Positions 1-8,737 of a stretch of DNA of 64,000 bases are shown here, one piece after another. The DNA lies in the IMG/VR virus record IMGVR_UViG_3300037337_000170, positions 1 through 64,000 of that record. One strand, 5' to 3'. This DNA is from a virus. Position 1 is the first letter of the stretch; every line of letters starts with the position of its first letter. The notes below the pieces were generated by a model, which was given only the letters and a program-made list of their open reading frames with translations, did no database searches and was not told the origin of the DNA. The translations under genes were made by a program, and so were the position numbers.

Positions 1-564
1 TATTGTAATTATAATGAACTTGAGTTATATACGAGCGGTCTTATTCCCATTGTAAAAGAAGTTCTGGACAACACATCTACCATTCAGGAGATTGCAGCGG
101 CAGTAAAACTGTGGGATGATTCTGAGGGTGTGGTAATTACCTTTGATAGTGGCTTCCGAGTTAAAATCAAAGCGGACCAATACGTTCTATTACACCGAAG
201 TCTCGATGTAATTCAGCATGAAAAGAATGTTCTTGAGCTTATTCTGACCAATAAGCTTGATGATCTGCTACCCCTTGTATCTGAAGATCGAAAGATGCGG
301 CTTGTAAATTATGAAAAGTCAGTCCGTAATAGTATTAGCAAGCATATCCTAGAGATTGAGGGTTTATACAAATCTCAGAGTTTTCAGACTGATAAAGAGT
401 TTGCGATGTGGGCTAAGCAAAATTCACTTTACACCAGGTTCTTGCTTCTTCGACATAAAAAAGGAGCTAGTGGTTTTCTAGAATATCTAATCAAGAATTG
501 TTCTACAGGCACGACTGTAGAATACATTCGACACTTTATCGGACCTAGCTTTAGGGAATTCTAA
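1..564 (+). CDS. rnlA: RNA ligase 1 (T4 Rnl1-like), 5' end outside the window
   Basis: Frame open from base 1; nucleotidyltransferase motifs IV/V: SEGVVITF...RVKIKADQYVLLH. Confidence 0.75.
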   Translation, partial: YCNYNELELYTSGLIPIVKEVLDNTSTIQEIAAAVKLWDDSEGVVITFDSGFRVKIKADQYVLLHRSLDVIQHEKNVLELILTNKLDDLLPLVSEDRKMRLVNYEKSVRNSISKHILEIEGLYKSQSFQTDKEFAMWAKQNSLYTRFLLLRHKKGASGFLEYLIKNCSTGTTVEYIRHFIGPSFREF

Positions 565-818
565 TGTTTAAATTTGCAGGCTACCTTGTGTATGACAATA
601 TGGTGAGGGTAGTTAACTACTCTGCCAGAAAAACTGAGGCTGTAGCATTTTGTGTGGCCAGCGGTTTACCGGAAGCCAATATCCGTAGAATTTTTGTTAA
701 GGATACAATTAATGCGGGAAAACCGATGGTCTCGGATATTGCTAATATCGGCCCGAAAATTCTTGAGCCCAACGAATATGGGCTCTTGGTTCCGATCACG
801 AAAGAAGAAAATGTTTGA
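564..818 (+). CDS. hypothetical protein
   Basis: 84-aa ORF, TAATG-coupled to upstream gene. Confidence 0.6.
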   Translation: MFKFAGYLVYDNMVRVVNYSARKTEAVAFCVASGLPEANIRRIFVKDTINAGKPMVSDIANIGPKILEPNEYGLLVPITKEENV

Positions 819-1425
819 TATTAATACCTTTGGTCGAACTCCTGCCGCACATTATTTGGCGCGGCGTTTAGTTGAGCTCGATAACAAAAAATTAACACGA
901 TCATGTACAGTTCGCATTAATGCCTTTAATACAAATGTGGCTGGTATCGTGTCGGCTGTTGGTTCTGAGAGTATGGATGCAAAAGTAGCAGCAAATCTGT
1001 TACGACTCTTGCGTGAGGAAGCTACCAAACTTGAACTAACTGTTGGTGCTGTCGGTCCAGATGAATTGATGTTTGTCGATAACTTACTTCGAAATGTAAT
1101 TATCGGCCACATTAAGAGTGCAATGCGAAAAGTAGCCGTTATGCGAAAAATCGAAAATGGCTCGAAAGATCTTAATACCGTTATGAAAAAAGGTTCCCGA
1201 GTAGTTTCTGGTCTACATAATGTAGACATTGATTACTACATTATGAGTTATCATGCCGGCTATATGGACTATAGTGCATATTCATTTGGATCATTGCCAG
1301 ATGTTTTTTACCCAGTAAAACCTTCTATTTCCGAGATCGAAGATCCTACAACTCCAGAGCTACTATACAGCCGATCAATTAACCGCTGCATCCGCCAAAA
1401 CAAGGAATGGACAAATGGGCTATAA
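811..1425 (+). CDS. hypothetical protein
   Basis: Probable start ATG 811 (MFDINTFG) overlapping the upstream stop. Confidence 0.6.
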   Translation: MFDINTFGRTPAAHYLARRLVELDNKKLTRSCTVRINAFNTNVAGIVSAVGSESMDAKVAANLLRLLREEATKLELTVGAVGPDELMFVDNLLRNVIIGHIKSAMRKVAVMRKIENGSKDLNTVMKKGSRVVSGLHNVDIDYYIMSYHAGYMDYSAYSFGSLPDVFYPVKPSISEIEDPTTPELLYSRSINRCIRQNKEWTNGL

Positions 1426-1660
1426 AATGGGCTATAGTTTTCAAGTGACAGGGTACTACACAGTTAAAAAAGATGGAAAATATCCATGGCCATGTAAAGC
1501 AGACACGAATAGATTGTTTAATTTATACACAGATGATATTTTCTGCAAAATGCCAGATGGAAATTATTCTAAACAAACTGGACTTGGAACATTCGGTCAT
1601 GTGTTAACTGATGATGAGATTATTTTTCACCCAGGCAGCCACGGTCTGCAAATTCTATAA
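1415..1660 (+). CDS. hypothetical protein
   Basis: 81-aa ORF in operon, AAGGA upstream. Confidence 0.5.
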   Translation: MGYKMGYSFQVTGYYTVKKDGKYPWPCKADTNRLFNLYTDDIFCKMPDGNYSKQTGLGTFGHVLTDDEIIFHPGSHGLQIL

Positions 1661-1675
1661 GAAATGGACAAACTC

Positions 1676-1807
1676 ATGAACTTTAATACCTATAAAAATA
1701 CAATCACCGACAATGTGGTATTTGCGAATAGTGCGGATTCTGATAAAGAAAAGCAATATTGCTTCAAAGAACTTTCAAAAGTTCTACCATTTAAGGATAT
1801 CAAATGA
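1676..1807 (+). CDS. small hypothetical protein (43 aa)
   Basis: Fills the gap between ORFs; stop overlaps next ATG (ATGA). Confidence 0.35.
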   Translation: MNFNTYKNTITDNVVFANSADSDKEKQYCFKELSKVLPFKDIK

Positions 1808-2142
1808 GCGATAAAACTGATTTAGCCGTTGTTATTGCCGACTACTTTTTCATTACTGTTTATAAGCATGATAATGAGGGAATTACCACATATAATCCTG
1901 CAGTAGGATTAATTGCGAATGACACACCGGATAATGTTTTAGTTGTCACAAATATTATTAACGAGGATATTGATGAGGCGATTAAATCAGCACTTACAAT
2001 TGCCGTACTTTTAGCAGATGGCTTTAGCAATTCGATTACTATTTCTGACGATAGTGATGAAACTTTTACATATGAAAAAACAATTACTGACCTTCTGTAT
2101 CAGGGTAATGTCAGTTTTGAGCATTCAAAACTGCTACACTAA
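1804..2142 (+). CDS. hypothetical protein
   Basis: 112-aa acidic ORF with SD AAGGA. Confidence 0.6.
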   Translation: MSDKTDLAVVIADYFFITVYKHDNEGITTYNPAVGLIANDTPDNVLVVTNIINEDIDEAIKSALTIAVLLADGFSNSITISDDSDETFTYEKTITDLLYQGNVSFEHSKLLH

Positions 2143-2217
2143 ATAATTTTGTTGCTCATATGGGCCTTTCGTGGGTTGAGTAAAGGTAGCGGAACTTGGC
2201 GGTTCGCGGCTGCCATC
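2140..2217 (+). ncRNA. candidate structured RNA/leader, copy A (TAAATA late-promoter core plus two hairpins)
   Basis: TTGCTCA..TGAGTAA and GGTAGC-GAAC..GTTC-GCTGCC stems; homologous with compensatory changes to 29432-29508. Confidence 0.6.
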
Positions 2218-2238
2218 TAGTTGTATTAAGGAATTACT

Positions 2239-2517
2239 ATGCCAACATGGGACAAAAAATGCAATGACTGTGATGAACTTTTTGAAGTTCGCTGTCGTAT
2301 TGCAGAAAAAGATGAACTAAAGGAATGCCCATATTGCGGCGGAACAGATTCAACATATATGTTATCTGCTCCAACTTTATCACGTCATTCAGAAAGACTA
2401 ATGACTCATAAGGCTGATACTGGCGGGTTTGGCCAAGTACTCTCCCGTATAAGCGAACGCCATGCTAGGACCAATTTGGCGACTGGGCGTAATAGTGGAG
2501 AACTCGCAATGGATTAA
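2239..2517 (+). CDS. FmdB-family zinc-ribbon protein
   Basis: MPTWDKKCNDC...CPYCG, two CxxC motifs. Confidence 0.75.
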   Translation: MPTWDKKCNDCDELFEVRCRIAEKDELKECPYCGGTDSTYMLSAPTLSRHSERLMTHKADTGGFGQVLSRISERHARTNLATGRNSGELAMD

Positions 2518-2545
2518 AAAAGGCCAGATCGATCTGGCCCCTTTA
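2517..2545. terminator. bidirectional intrinsic terminator
   Basis: Perfect palindrome GGCCAGATCGATCTGGCC flanked by A/T runs between convergent genes. Confidence 0.7.
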
Positions 2546-2547
2546 GT

Positions 2548-3357
2548 TTACACCATTTTTAATGATTCTCTTCTGGCCTGAATTTCAGCAAATCGTTCCT
2601 CGGCTACTAGAAACTCGCGAACCAACCCTGATCTAACAATATCTTCAATACCGAATGTGACTCCTCTAAATGATGGAATCATTTTTAGAATTTCCAAAAA
2701 TTCTGGTAAGCCCGATATATCAGTCTTTCTGTACAATAGATCACTTTGTTTGGTATCACCACATGCAAAATATTTGCAGTTATTGCCAGCGCGTGTAATA
2801 CAGCTTGACAATTCTTGAAAATTAAAGTTTTGGATCTCATCCATTACAACAATACAATCCTTGAAGGTAAGTCCGCGAACGAATGAAGTAGAAACAAATT
2901 CGATAATACCAGATTCCTTTAGCTTTTCATATTGACCAGAGCGGGTAAAGATATCATCACATAACTGTTTATATGGCAGTTCATAAATGGCGATTTTTTC
3001 TTCCACAGTACCTGGTAGGTGACCAATTTCTCGCAACGGTGCAGTTGATCTAATAATAATTAGTTTCTTAAAAGGTGTTTCGCCGGATAGAATCTCCTGA
3101 AGTGCAAGATAGACTGCTAGGAATGTTTTACCTGTTCCAGCCGATCCAGTTAGAACCAGTGAGTTACCACCTTGTTGGTAGGCTTCAAATACTCTTTCCT
3201 GTGCGTATGTTTTAGGATGAATATTCTTCAGATCATGGGTAGTAAACTTTTTTCTGGGTGTTTCGTATGAAACTATAGCCTCTGTTTTTGTTCGGACTGT
3301 TTCCTCGAATCGGTCATATCGAGTGCGTTTACTAAATGTCTGAGATTTTCTTGCCAT
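2548..3357 (-). CDS. phoH: PhoH-family ATPase
   Basis: GSAGTGKT Walker A, IGHLPG, FVRGLT, DEIQN, GDTKQSD, DIVRSGLV. Confidence 0.92.
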   Translation of the reverse strand: MARKSQTFSKRTRYDRFEETVRTKTEAIVSYETPRKKFTTHDLKNIHPKTYAQERVFEAYQQGGNSLVLTGSAGTGKTFLAVYLALQEILSGETPFKKLIIIRSTAPLREIGHLPGTVEEKIAIYELPYKQLCDDIFTRSGQYEKLKESGIIEFVSTSFVRGLTFKDCIVVMDEIQNFNFQELSSCITRAGNNCKYFACGDTKQSDLLYRKTDISGLPEFLEILKMIPSFRGVTFGIEDIVRSGLVREFLVAEERFAEIQARRESLKMV

Positions 3358-3395
3358 AAGTTTCCTTCTGTTATTAAACCAAACTATCTACCGAC

Positions 3396-4004
3396 CTAAT
3401 CCTTTAAAATTTTTATTGCAATGTCATACCTAGCCAGTCTGTCATTCAAACCATTTTTCCCCCCATTTATTCTTCGGGTGAGAAGAATCATGTCGGTTAT
3501 GCTATTTAACTTATTTTTATTCCAGAACCATAGGGCAGCCTGTAAACCCATATCTGGTAAACGTACAAATTCTGGATTGGCAATTAGCCGTTGATCCTTA
3601 AATAGATCCTCACTACATTCGAGAAAATTACTTTTACCGGTTAACTGAAGGGGTCCAGCTCCCCTGAATTTCCATCCATCGCCGGATGCCTCACTACCAT
3701 TACTCATTCGATTAGCATATACACGATTGGCGATTCGTTGGGGTTGGCGAGCATATTGAATCGCGAGATCGTGATCGAAATACTTACCAAAAGTTTTTAA
3801 TAGACCTGGAGCCGAATAGTTAAGATTCTCAGTTAATGTATTAAGATCCGCAGATTCGTGACCAAGCTGGGCTAGAAATCTAGATATTTCTTCGGGGCTA
3901 TCTATTCCAGCCGCTGGCAAATACTTATTAAGAAGAACTGTCCATCCTATAATATCATTACATGTGGGTAAGATACTTTGTAGTTGTTCAAATTTAATTT
4001 CCAT
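3396..4004 (-). CDS. GH19 chitinase-like endolysin
   Basis: FLAQLGHES, ENLNYS, FRGAGPLQLTG, INGGKNGL; late promoter just upstream. Confidence 0.88.
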   Translation of the reverse strand: MEIKFEQLQSILPTCNDIIGWTVLLNKYLPAAGIDSPEEISRFLAQLGHESADLNTLTENLNYSAPGLLKTFGKYFDHDLAIQYARQPQRIANRVYANRMSNGSEASGDGWKFRGAGPLQLTGKSNFLECSEDLFKDQRLIANPEFVRLPDMGLQAALWFWNKNKLNSITDMILLTRRINGGKNGLNDRLARYDIAIKILKD

Positions 4005-4016
4005 AGAAGCCTTATT

Positions 4017-4682
4017 ATGAAACCTAAACTATTTATACCTTACGATATCGCTAAGATAAAGCAGATTAATGGCCCCGAAGGACGCTTATACGAAACCCCA
4101 TCTGGTGCAAAATATCCAAGTATAACTACAATTCTTGGAATCGAATCTATTCAATACATTACTGAATGGCGGAATCGAATTGGTCATGCCGCAGCCAATG
4201 AGATTAGCAGAAAGGCCGCGAGTAGAGGAACTATAATTCATAAAGCATGTGAAAAAATGATAGTCGGCGAACAATATGAATGGGGAATGTTTGATGCGGG
4301 TAATCGTGAAATGTTTGAGTGTCTAATACCCGTCATTGAGTCTATTGAGGAAGTACATGCAATGGAAACTAAGTTATACTCTGATAGGTTAGAAACTGCT
4401 GGTACAGTCGATCTTATTGCGCGTATAGACGGCGAATTAACAATACTGGATTGGAAAACATCTACGCGATATAAAACGCGGGATGATATTCATAGTTATT
4501 TTACACAAACTGCCTATTATGCATATGCATTTTTTGAACGCACAGGAGTTCTTGTCCCGAATATTACTATTGCAATGACTGTTCAGGATATTGGGCTAGT
4601 CGTGTTCAAGGAGAAAGTAAAAACCTGGCTGCCCGCCTTCTTGGCCACGCGGGAAAGATTCCGAGCGCTCAAGGGCTTTTAG
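4017..4682 (+). CDS. PD-(D/E)XK exonuclease
   Basis: YPSITTILG, RGTIIH, AGTVDL, ILDWKTS, Q..YYA motifs. Confidence 0.85.
   Translation: MKPKLFIPYDIAKIKQINGPEGRLYETPSGAKYPSITTILGIESIQYITEWRNRIGHAAANEISRKAASRGTIIHKACEKMIVGEQYEWGMFDAGNREMFECLIPVIESIEEVHAMETKLYSDRLETAGTVDLIARIDGELTILDWKTSTRYKTRDDIHSYFTQTAYYAYAFFERTGVLVPNITIAMTVQDIGLVVFKEKVKTWLPAFLATRERFRALKGF
4030..4037 (-). promoter_or_regulatory. T4-type late promoter for endolysin-phoH
   Basis: TATAAATA on the minus strand about 25 nt before the endolysin ATG. Confidence 0.7.
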
Positions 4683-4687
4683 TACAT

Positions 4688-4716
4688 TTTACTTTTATTC
4701 CTTGGTGTGGTATAAT
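4688..4716 (+). promoter_or_regulatory. early promoter cassette
   Basis: TTTACT-N17-TATAAT with extended -10 TGTGG. Confidence 0.85.
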
Positions 4717-4738
4717 AACTTATCAACACGGAAATACC

Positions 4739-4945
4739 ATGAAATCACAACACAACAGCGCCCTTGTAAACCGTCTTCACAACAAGCTTACGGCCCTCGA
4801 GAAAGAGCTCATCATAAACCAGGATGACCTGGGTAACGCCATGGATCGTGGTGACGCGGATGCACACACCAATCTTCACGGAAGATCTCTGGAAATTCGT
4901 GAAGAATACCAAAAGATCATCCTCCGACTCAACAACATGGTATAA
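4739..4945 (+). CDS. hypothetical early protein
   Basis: 68-aa ORF directly behind early promoter. Confidence 0.6.
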   Translation: MKSQHNSALVNRLHNKLTALEKELIINQDDLGNAMDRGDADAHTNLHGRSLEIREEYQKIILRLNNMV

Positions 4946-4950
4946 TCAAA

Positions 4951-5181
4951 ATGTTTACTAGCAACCTTACTCAAGAATTCCAAGAAACCGTCAACGCGCT
5001 GACTGACTCCACTCATGCAGTTTATGGCAGTCATTCCTACTCCTCGGGTTATTTTGGGTCTCAGGTTGTGCAGATGTTCGAGATGCTTTCAAAAAAGCAA
5101 AAGCAGAATCTTATCGATTCAGTTGGAAAAACCAAAGACATGTATGTGAAACGGGCCCTAGAACTGGCGGAAGCAAGGTAA
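4951..5181 (+). CDS. hypothetical early protein
   Basis: 76-aa ORF in operon. Confidence 0.6.
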   Translation: MFTSNLTQEFQETVNALTDSTHAVYGSHSYSSGYFGSQVVQMFEMLSKKQKQNLIDSVGKTKDMYVKRALELAEAR

Positions 5182-5185
5182 CATC

Positions 5186-5470
5186 ATGAACAACACCACC
5201 GAATACACAGTACAAGTCGATGCACACAAAACCCAGTGGTTCCTGAATGGTAAGCGCCACCGTACCGAAGGACCAGCTATTGAGTATGCTGCTGGCTCCA
5301 AGATGTGGTACTTGCATGGCGTACTCCATCGGACCGATGGACCAGCTATTGAGTATGTCGGCGACAAGGAGTGGTACTTGAATGGTAAACTCCATCGTGC
5401 CGATGGACCAGCCGTTGAGTATACCAATGGTCACACGGAGTGGTACTTGAATGGTGTGAAAGTAACTTAA
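5186..5470 (+). CDS. MORN-like repeat protein
   Basis: Three W(Y/F)L(N/H)GxxHR(T/A)(D/E)GPA(I/V)EY repeats plus a partial fourth. Confidence 0.75.
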   Translation: MNNTTEYTVQVDAHKTQWFLNGKRHRTEGPAIEYAAGSKMWYLHGVLHRTDGPAIEYVGDKEWYLNGKLHRADGPAVEYTNGHTEWYLNGVKVT

Positions 5471-5493
5471 CAACAACTTCCTGTGGTTTAAGT

Positions 5494-5522
5494 TTTACTT
5501 TTATCCTGAGTCGTGTTATAAT
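5494..5522 (+). promoter_or_regulatory. early promoter cassette
   Basis: TTTACT-N17-TATAAT. Confidence 0.85.
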
Positions 5523-5555
5523 AAACTCACACCACAACAAACCCATTTAAATAAA

Positions 5556-5651
5556 ATGAACAATCTTCGAATCTTTATTAAATCCTCTATCATCAGCTGT
5601 CTTGCTACTCTGGCGATTCTTGGTGTCACCCTCCTTATCTTCATGGAGTGA
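5556..5651 (+). CDS. small single-TM membrane protein (31 aa)
   Basis: MNNLRIFIKSSIISCLATLAILGVTLLIFME behind promoter. Confidence 0.5.
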   Translation: MNNLRIFIKSSIISCLATLAILGVTLLIFME

Positions 5652-5655
5652 TCTT

Positions 5656-5733
5656 GTGAATGATTTTATGTACGCGGTAGCCACAGTTCTTATCTTTGCT
5701 TGCATCGGTGTGATGTTGGCTCTAGGAATGTAA
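5656..5733 (+). CDS. small single-TM membrane protein (25 aa)
   Basis: GTG start after GGAG; hydrophobic; stop abuts next ATG. Confidence 0.45.
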   Translation: MNDFMYAVATVLIFACIGVMLALGM

Positions 5734-5934
5734 ATGAAAAACTTCTTTGAAACCCTAAATGCTGCCCTCGAGTCAGAAAACTTGCTAGACGCATGGGAAA
5801 TGCATTACTCACCCATTGCTTATAACGAGACCAGAATGTGGACATGGGATGACGGTTCAAAGAACGGACATTTTGTCAGTATCTACAGAAACGAAAATGG
5901 AAAATATGAACGCGCCGTTCATTACAAACGCTAA
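5734..5934 (+). CDS. hypothetical protein
   Basis: 66-aa ORF. Confidence 0.6.
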   Translation: MKNFFETLNAALESENLLDAWEMHYSPIAYNETRMWTWDDGSKNGHFVSIYRNENGKYERAVHYKR

Positions 5935-5946
5935 CTTGAAATAATT

Positions 5947-6306
5947 ATGACAGAGATAAAAATTGTGTACGGAGTGTACTCTAACAGTGACCTAAACGAA
6001 GGTCGGGGTATGGAAATAAGAGTTGGTACATACCAGAATCTGGCCACCGCAGTTCGACTCGCTAAAAACCGAGGGCCACAAGGGAGTAATGCGGAAATTA
6101 GAGAAGTAAAGGTTTATCACTTCAAAAATGATCTGTATTTACTTCCAAAAGATCTTTTCGAAGTTACCAAACCTTCGCTAGAGGACAGTAAGGTCCCAGA
6201 TAAGGAAGTTAAGCAACTAGCTTATCATTTCGCCCGAAAAAGGGCCTCCGATCTTGGATTAAGTGATTATGACTTGAAAATTATTAGTCAAGGTGCTCCA
6301 GAATGA
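5947..6306 (+). CDS. hypothetical protein
   Basis: 119-aa ORF. Confidence 0.6.
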   Translation: MTEIKIVYGVYSNSDLNEGRGMEIRVGTYQNLATAVRLAKNRGPQGSNAEIREVKVYHFKNDLYLLPKDLFEVTKPSLEDSKVPDKEVKQLAYHFARKRASDLGLSDYDLKIISQGAPE

Positions 6307-6527
6307 ATTGTTGCAATGAATACGGTGACTGCGTACGCAGCCGCTATTGTCCAGTAATGCCGAACCCCAAAGCCGAGGCCGACCCCGGGCAAAAACCATT
6401 AACAGTCGATCAAGTATGGGAAAGCGATAAAATTATGGCATGTAACGCTATGACAGGAGCCGGAATATCCATGGACCTGATAATGGAAATAGTAAGAGCA
6501 GTCGAAGGCATACACAGAATTGGGTAA
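6303..6527 (+). CDS. hypothetical Cys-rich protein
   Basis: MNCCNEYGDC..YCP; ATGA overlap. Confidence 0.55.
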   Translation: MNCCNEYGDCVRSRYCPVMPNPKAEADPGQKPLTVDQVWESDKIMACNAMTGAGISMDLIMEIVRAVEGIHRIG

Positions 6528-6549
6528 ACATAAAACGTAAAGAATAGCA

Positions 6550-7089
6550 ATGATACTAACAGATGAAGCTGTTAGCCATATTCTCAACTGCACCTCAGAA
6601 CTGAATCGGAGAATTGAAATGAGCAACAAACCCTGGCCCGAATGGAATCAAGACATTGAACGAGGGAGAGTCATGAAACACGAACTGTCACCACTGCCGA
6701 CACGTCCATCAACCATGTTCAAAGACCCGACTGGTGGGATTTATCTGTATGACAGGCTGACGATGGACAAGCAAGCCTTCGCCTACGCCAAGGTGTGCAT
6801 TGAGCCGTTGCAAGCACGCATCGCAGAGCTTGAGGTGCAGCTTGCCCATCTCACCGCATCGCTTGAAACAGTCAGCGCGGCGTGCATCGTGCTCAAGCAG
6901 CAGCAGCAGCGCGAAGGATGGGCAAAGCTTGCCAGCGGGCAGGGGCCTGTAGCAGAAATTACTAACACTGACTCAACTGGTGGTTACGTTAATTGGCTAC
7001 TGCATCAAGGCGCCCCCATTAAGATGGGTGACAAGCTATTCACCCACCCAGCATCAGACAAACAGTCACTGAGCGAAATGGTGGGTTGA
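6550..7089 (+). CDS. hypothetical protein, GC-rich and possibly chimeric
   Basis: 179-aa ORF; true start uncertain (several ATGs). Confidence 0.5.
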   Translation: MILTDEAVSHILNCTSELNRRIEMSNKPWPEWNQDIERGRVMKHELSPLPTRPSTMFKDPTGGIYLYDRLTMDKQAFAYAKVCIEPLQARIAELEVQLAHLTASLETVSAACIVLKQQQQREGWAKLASGQGPVAEITNTDSTGGYVNWLLHQGAPIKMGDKLFTHPASDKQSLSEMVG

Positions 7090-7131
7090 AATCTGCCGTA
7101 ATTGAGTGAGTGGCGCACCGGTAAGTAAAAT

Positions 7132-7160
7132 TTTACTTTTATTCTGCGGTGTGGTATAAT
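7132..7160 (+). promoter_or_regulatory. early promoter cassette
   Basis: TTTACT-N17-TATAAT. Confidence 0.85.
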
Positions 7161-7185
7161 AAACATATACCAACCAAGGATCATC

Positions 7186-7761
7186 GTGCAAAATGTCATT
7201 CACCACCCGGCTGCATATGAAGCCGCCACCAAGCGTCGTATCATTCAAAATGCTTCCATTACATTTTTTAAAACTGTAGTCGATGCCCAGGCTTTGGTGG
7301 CATTTATGTTTGACTCGGAGTATCGCGGCGATCAGTTCATGGCGTCCCTGGTAGCTGCCTACGCCAACTTCGGTAAATTGACCGAAAAACAATGTCAGGC
7401 TATCCGCAACTCTATGGTGCGGCAGGCTGAATACAAAATTGCCCGGGATGCTGCAATTCTGAAAAAGAATGAGGGCCTTAGCTATATTGCCTCTGTTGGT
7501 GATAAAAAAGTAGCTATTAAACTCACGGTCAAAAAGATCGTCCAGATTCAGGGCGCTTCTTTCTCTTACTACGATTCAGGTGTTTCTAACCTGTATATCT
7601 GCGAAGATGCTGCCGGCAACAAGATTACCTACATCGGCAATTCTGAAATGCCCAAGGAAGGCGAAACCGCGGATATTCTTTGCACGATTAAGGCCCACAA
7701 AATCTACAATAATGCCAAGCAGACTGTAATCAACCGTCCTAAGCTTGTTTCCGCCCCCTAA
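7186..7761 (+). CDS. hypothetical early protein, possible C-terminal OB-like beta domain
   Basis: GTG start with AAGGA SD behind promoter. Confidence 0.65.
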   Translation: MQNVIHHPAAYEAATKRRIIQNASITFFKTVVDAQALVAFMFDSEYRGDQFMASLVAAYANFGKLTEKQCQAIRNSMVRQAEYKIARDAAILKKNEGLSYIASVGDKKVAIKLTVKKIVQIQGASFSYYDSGVSNLYICEDAAGNKITYIGNSEMPKEGETADILCTIKAHKIYNNAKQTVINRPKLVSAP

Positions 7762-7777
7762 ATTTTTGGAATATTAT

Positions 7778-7912
7778 ATGGTAGTTTTTTTCGCTTTCTT
7801 TATTTGTATAGCATTAGGAGCCCCCTGGTGGGCATTTGTTATCGGTTTTTTTTGTTTCATGATGGATGGATTTCTTTGTTTCATGATGGATGGAATATGG
7901 GATAATATATGA
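7778..7912 (+). CDS. small membrane protein (44 aa) with internal 24-bp duplication
   Basis: MVVFFAFFICIALGAPWWAFVIGFFCFMMDGFLCFMMDGIWDNI. Confidence 0.5.
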   Translation: MVVFFAFFICIALGAPWWAFVIGFFCFMMDGFLCFMMDGIWDNI

Positions 7913-8250
7913 TTTTTGGAAAAACTATTTCAGAAAAGAATGAAGCAATTCAGCGAGACTTAAAAAACCGAGCTCACGGTTTCCGTAGATTTGTACTTTT
8001 TGATAAATTAGCTGACGACCGTTGGGTATTTTTTCAACATGTTTGGACTTACGAAGATATGATTTTTGAGTCCGACAAACTTAACTATAGATGTCATATC
8101 GGGAAGGGGATTTATGCACCCGATATGCGCCGCAATTATACCGAAAAAAATAATCTTCATATGAAAATTTCATATACCAAAGCAGATGAAACTTTTGAAA
8201 AATTGACGATGAACCATTTGCTTGCCAGTATACGATCTAAAAATTCATAA
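7909..8250 (+). CDS. hypothetical protein
   Basis: 113-aa ORF. Confidence 0.55.
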   Translation: MIFGKTISEKNEAIQRDLKNRAHGFRRFVLFDKLADDRWVFFQHVWTYEDMIFESDKLNYRCHIGKGIYAPDMRRNYTEKNNLHMKISYTKADETFEKLTMNHLLASIRSKNS

Positions 8251-8281
8251 GTATGTATGCTTAACCTATTTTGGAGCACAT

Positions 8282-8734
8282 ATGAAAAGGACAACTCTTC
8301 TCATCATCGGTTCGTTGGTGTCTGTAACAATATCGACAGCGAATGGAAACCCAAAAAAAGAACACAGTTCCGAACTATCAGCTGAGCTTAGATGTATGGA
8401 ACTTAATCTTTACCACGAGGCTCGGGGTGAGTCTAAGGCCGGCATTCTGGCCGTTGGCCATGTTACTTTAAATAGAGTATCTGATCGTAGATTTTCTAAT
8501 ACCATATGTAACGTAGTTTATCAGAAGCACCAATTTTCATGGGTACGCACCAAGAAAAAAGCAAATAAAACAAAAGTTCCCAAACGTATCAGAGAAATCA
8601 CATATAAATTAGTAGTCCTAAAAACATATAAGGATAACACAAAAGGATCATTATTTTTTCACAATCATACCGTTAACCCTGCATGGGGCAAAAAACCTAG
8701 AGTTGTGATCGGTGAACATATTTTTTATAGGTAA
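8282..8734 (+). CDS. SleB-like cell wall hydrolase (Hydrolase_2)
   Basis: Signal-like N-terminus; NLYHEARGE, VTLNRV, QFSW, IGEHIFY. Confidence 0.88.
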   Translation: MKRTTLLIIGSLVSVTISTANGNPKKEHSSELSAELRCMELNLYHEARGESKAGILAVGHVTLNRVSDRRFSNTICNVVYQKHQFSWVRTKKKANKTKVPKRIREITYKLVVLKTYKDNTKGSLFFHNHTVNPAWGKKPRVVIGEHIFYR

Positions 8735-8737
8735 TAT

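Noticed and set aside
4017-4682. Exonuclease as Cas4 of a CRISPR system
   Set aside because: No Fe-S cysteine cluster, no cas neighbours, no array
5111-5546. Minus-strand repeat ORFs
   Set aside because: Shadows of the MORN-like repeat gene
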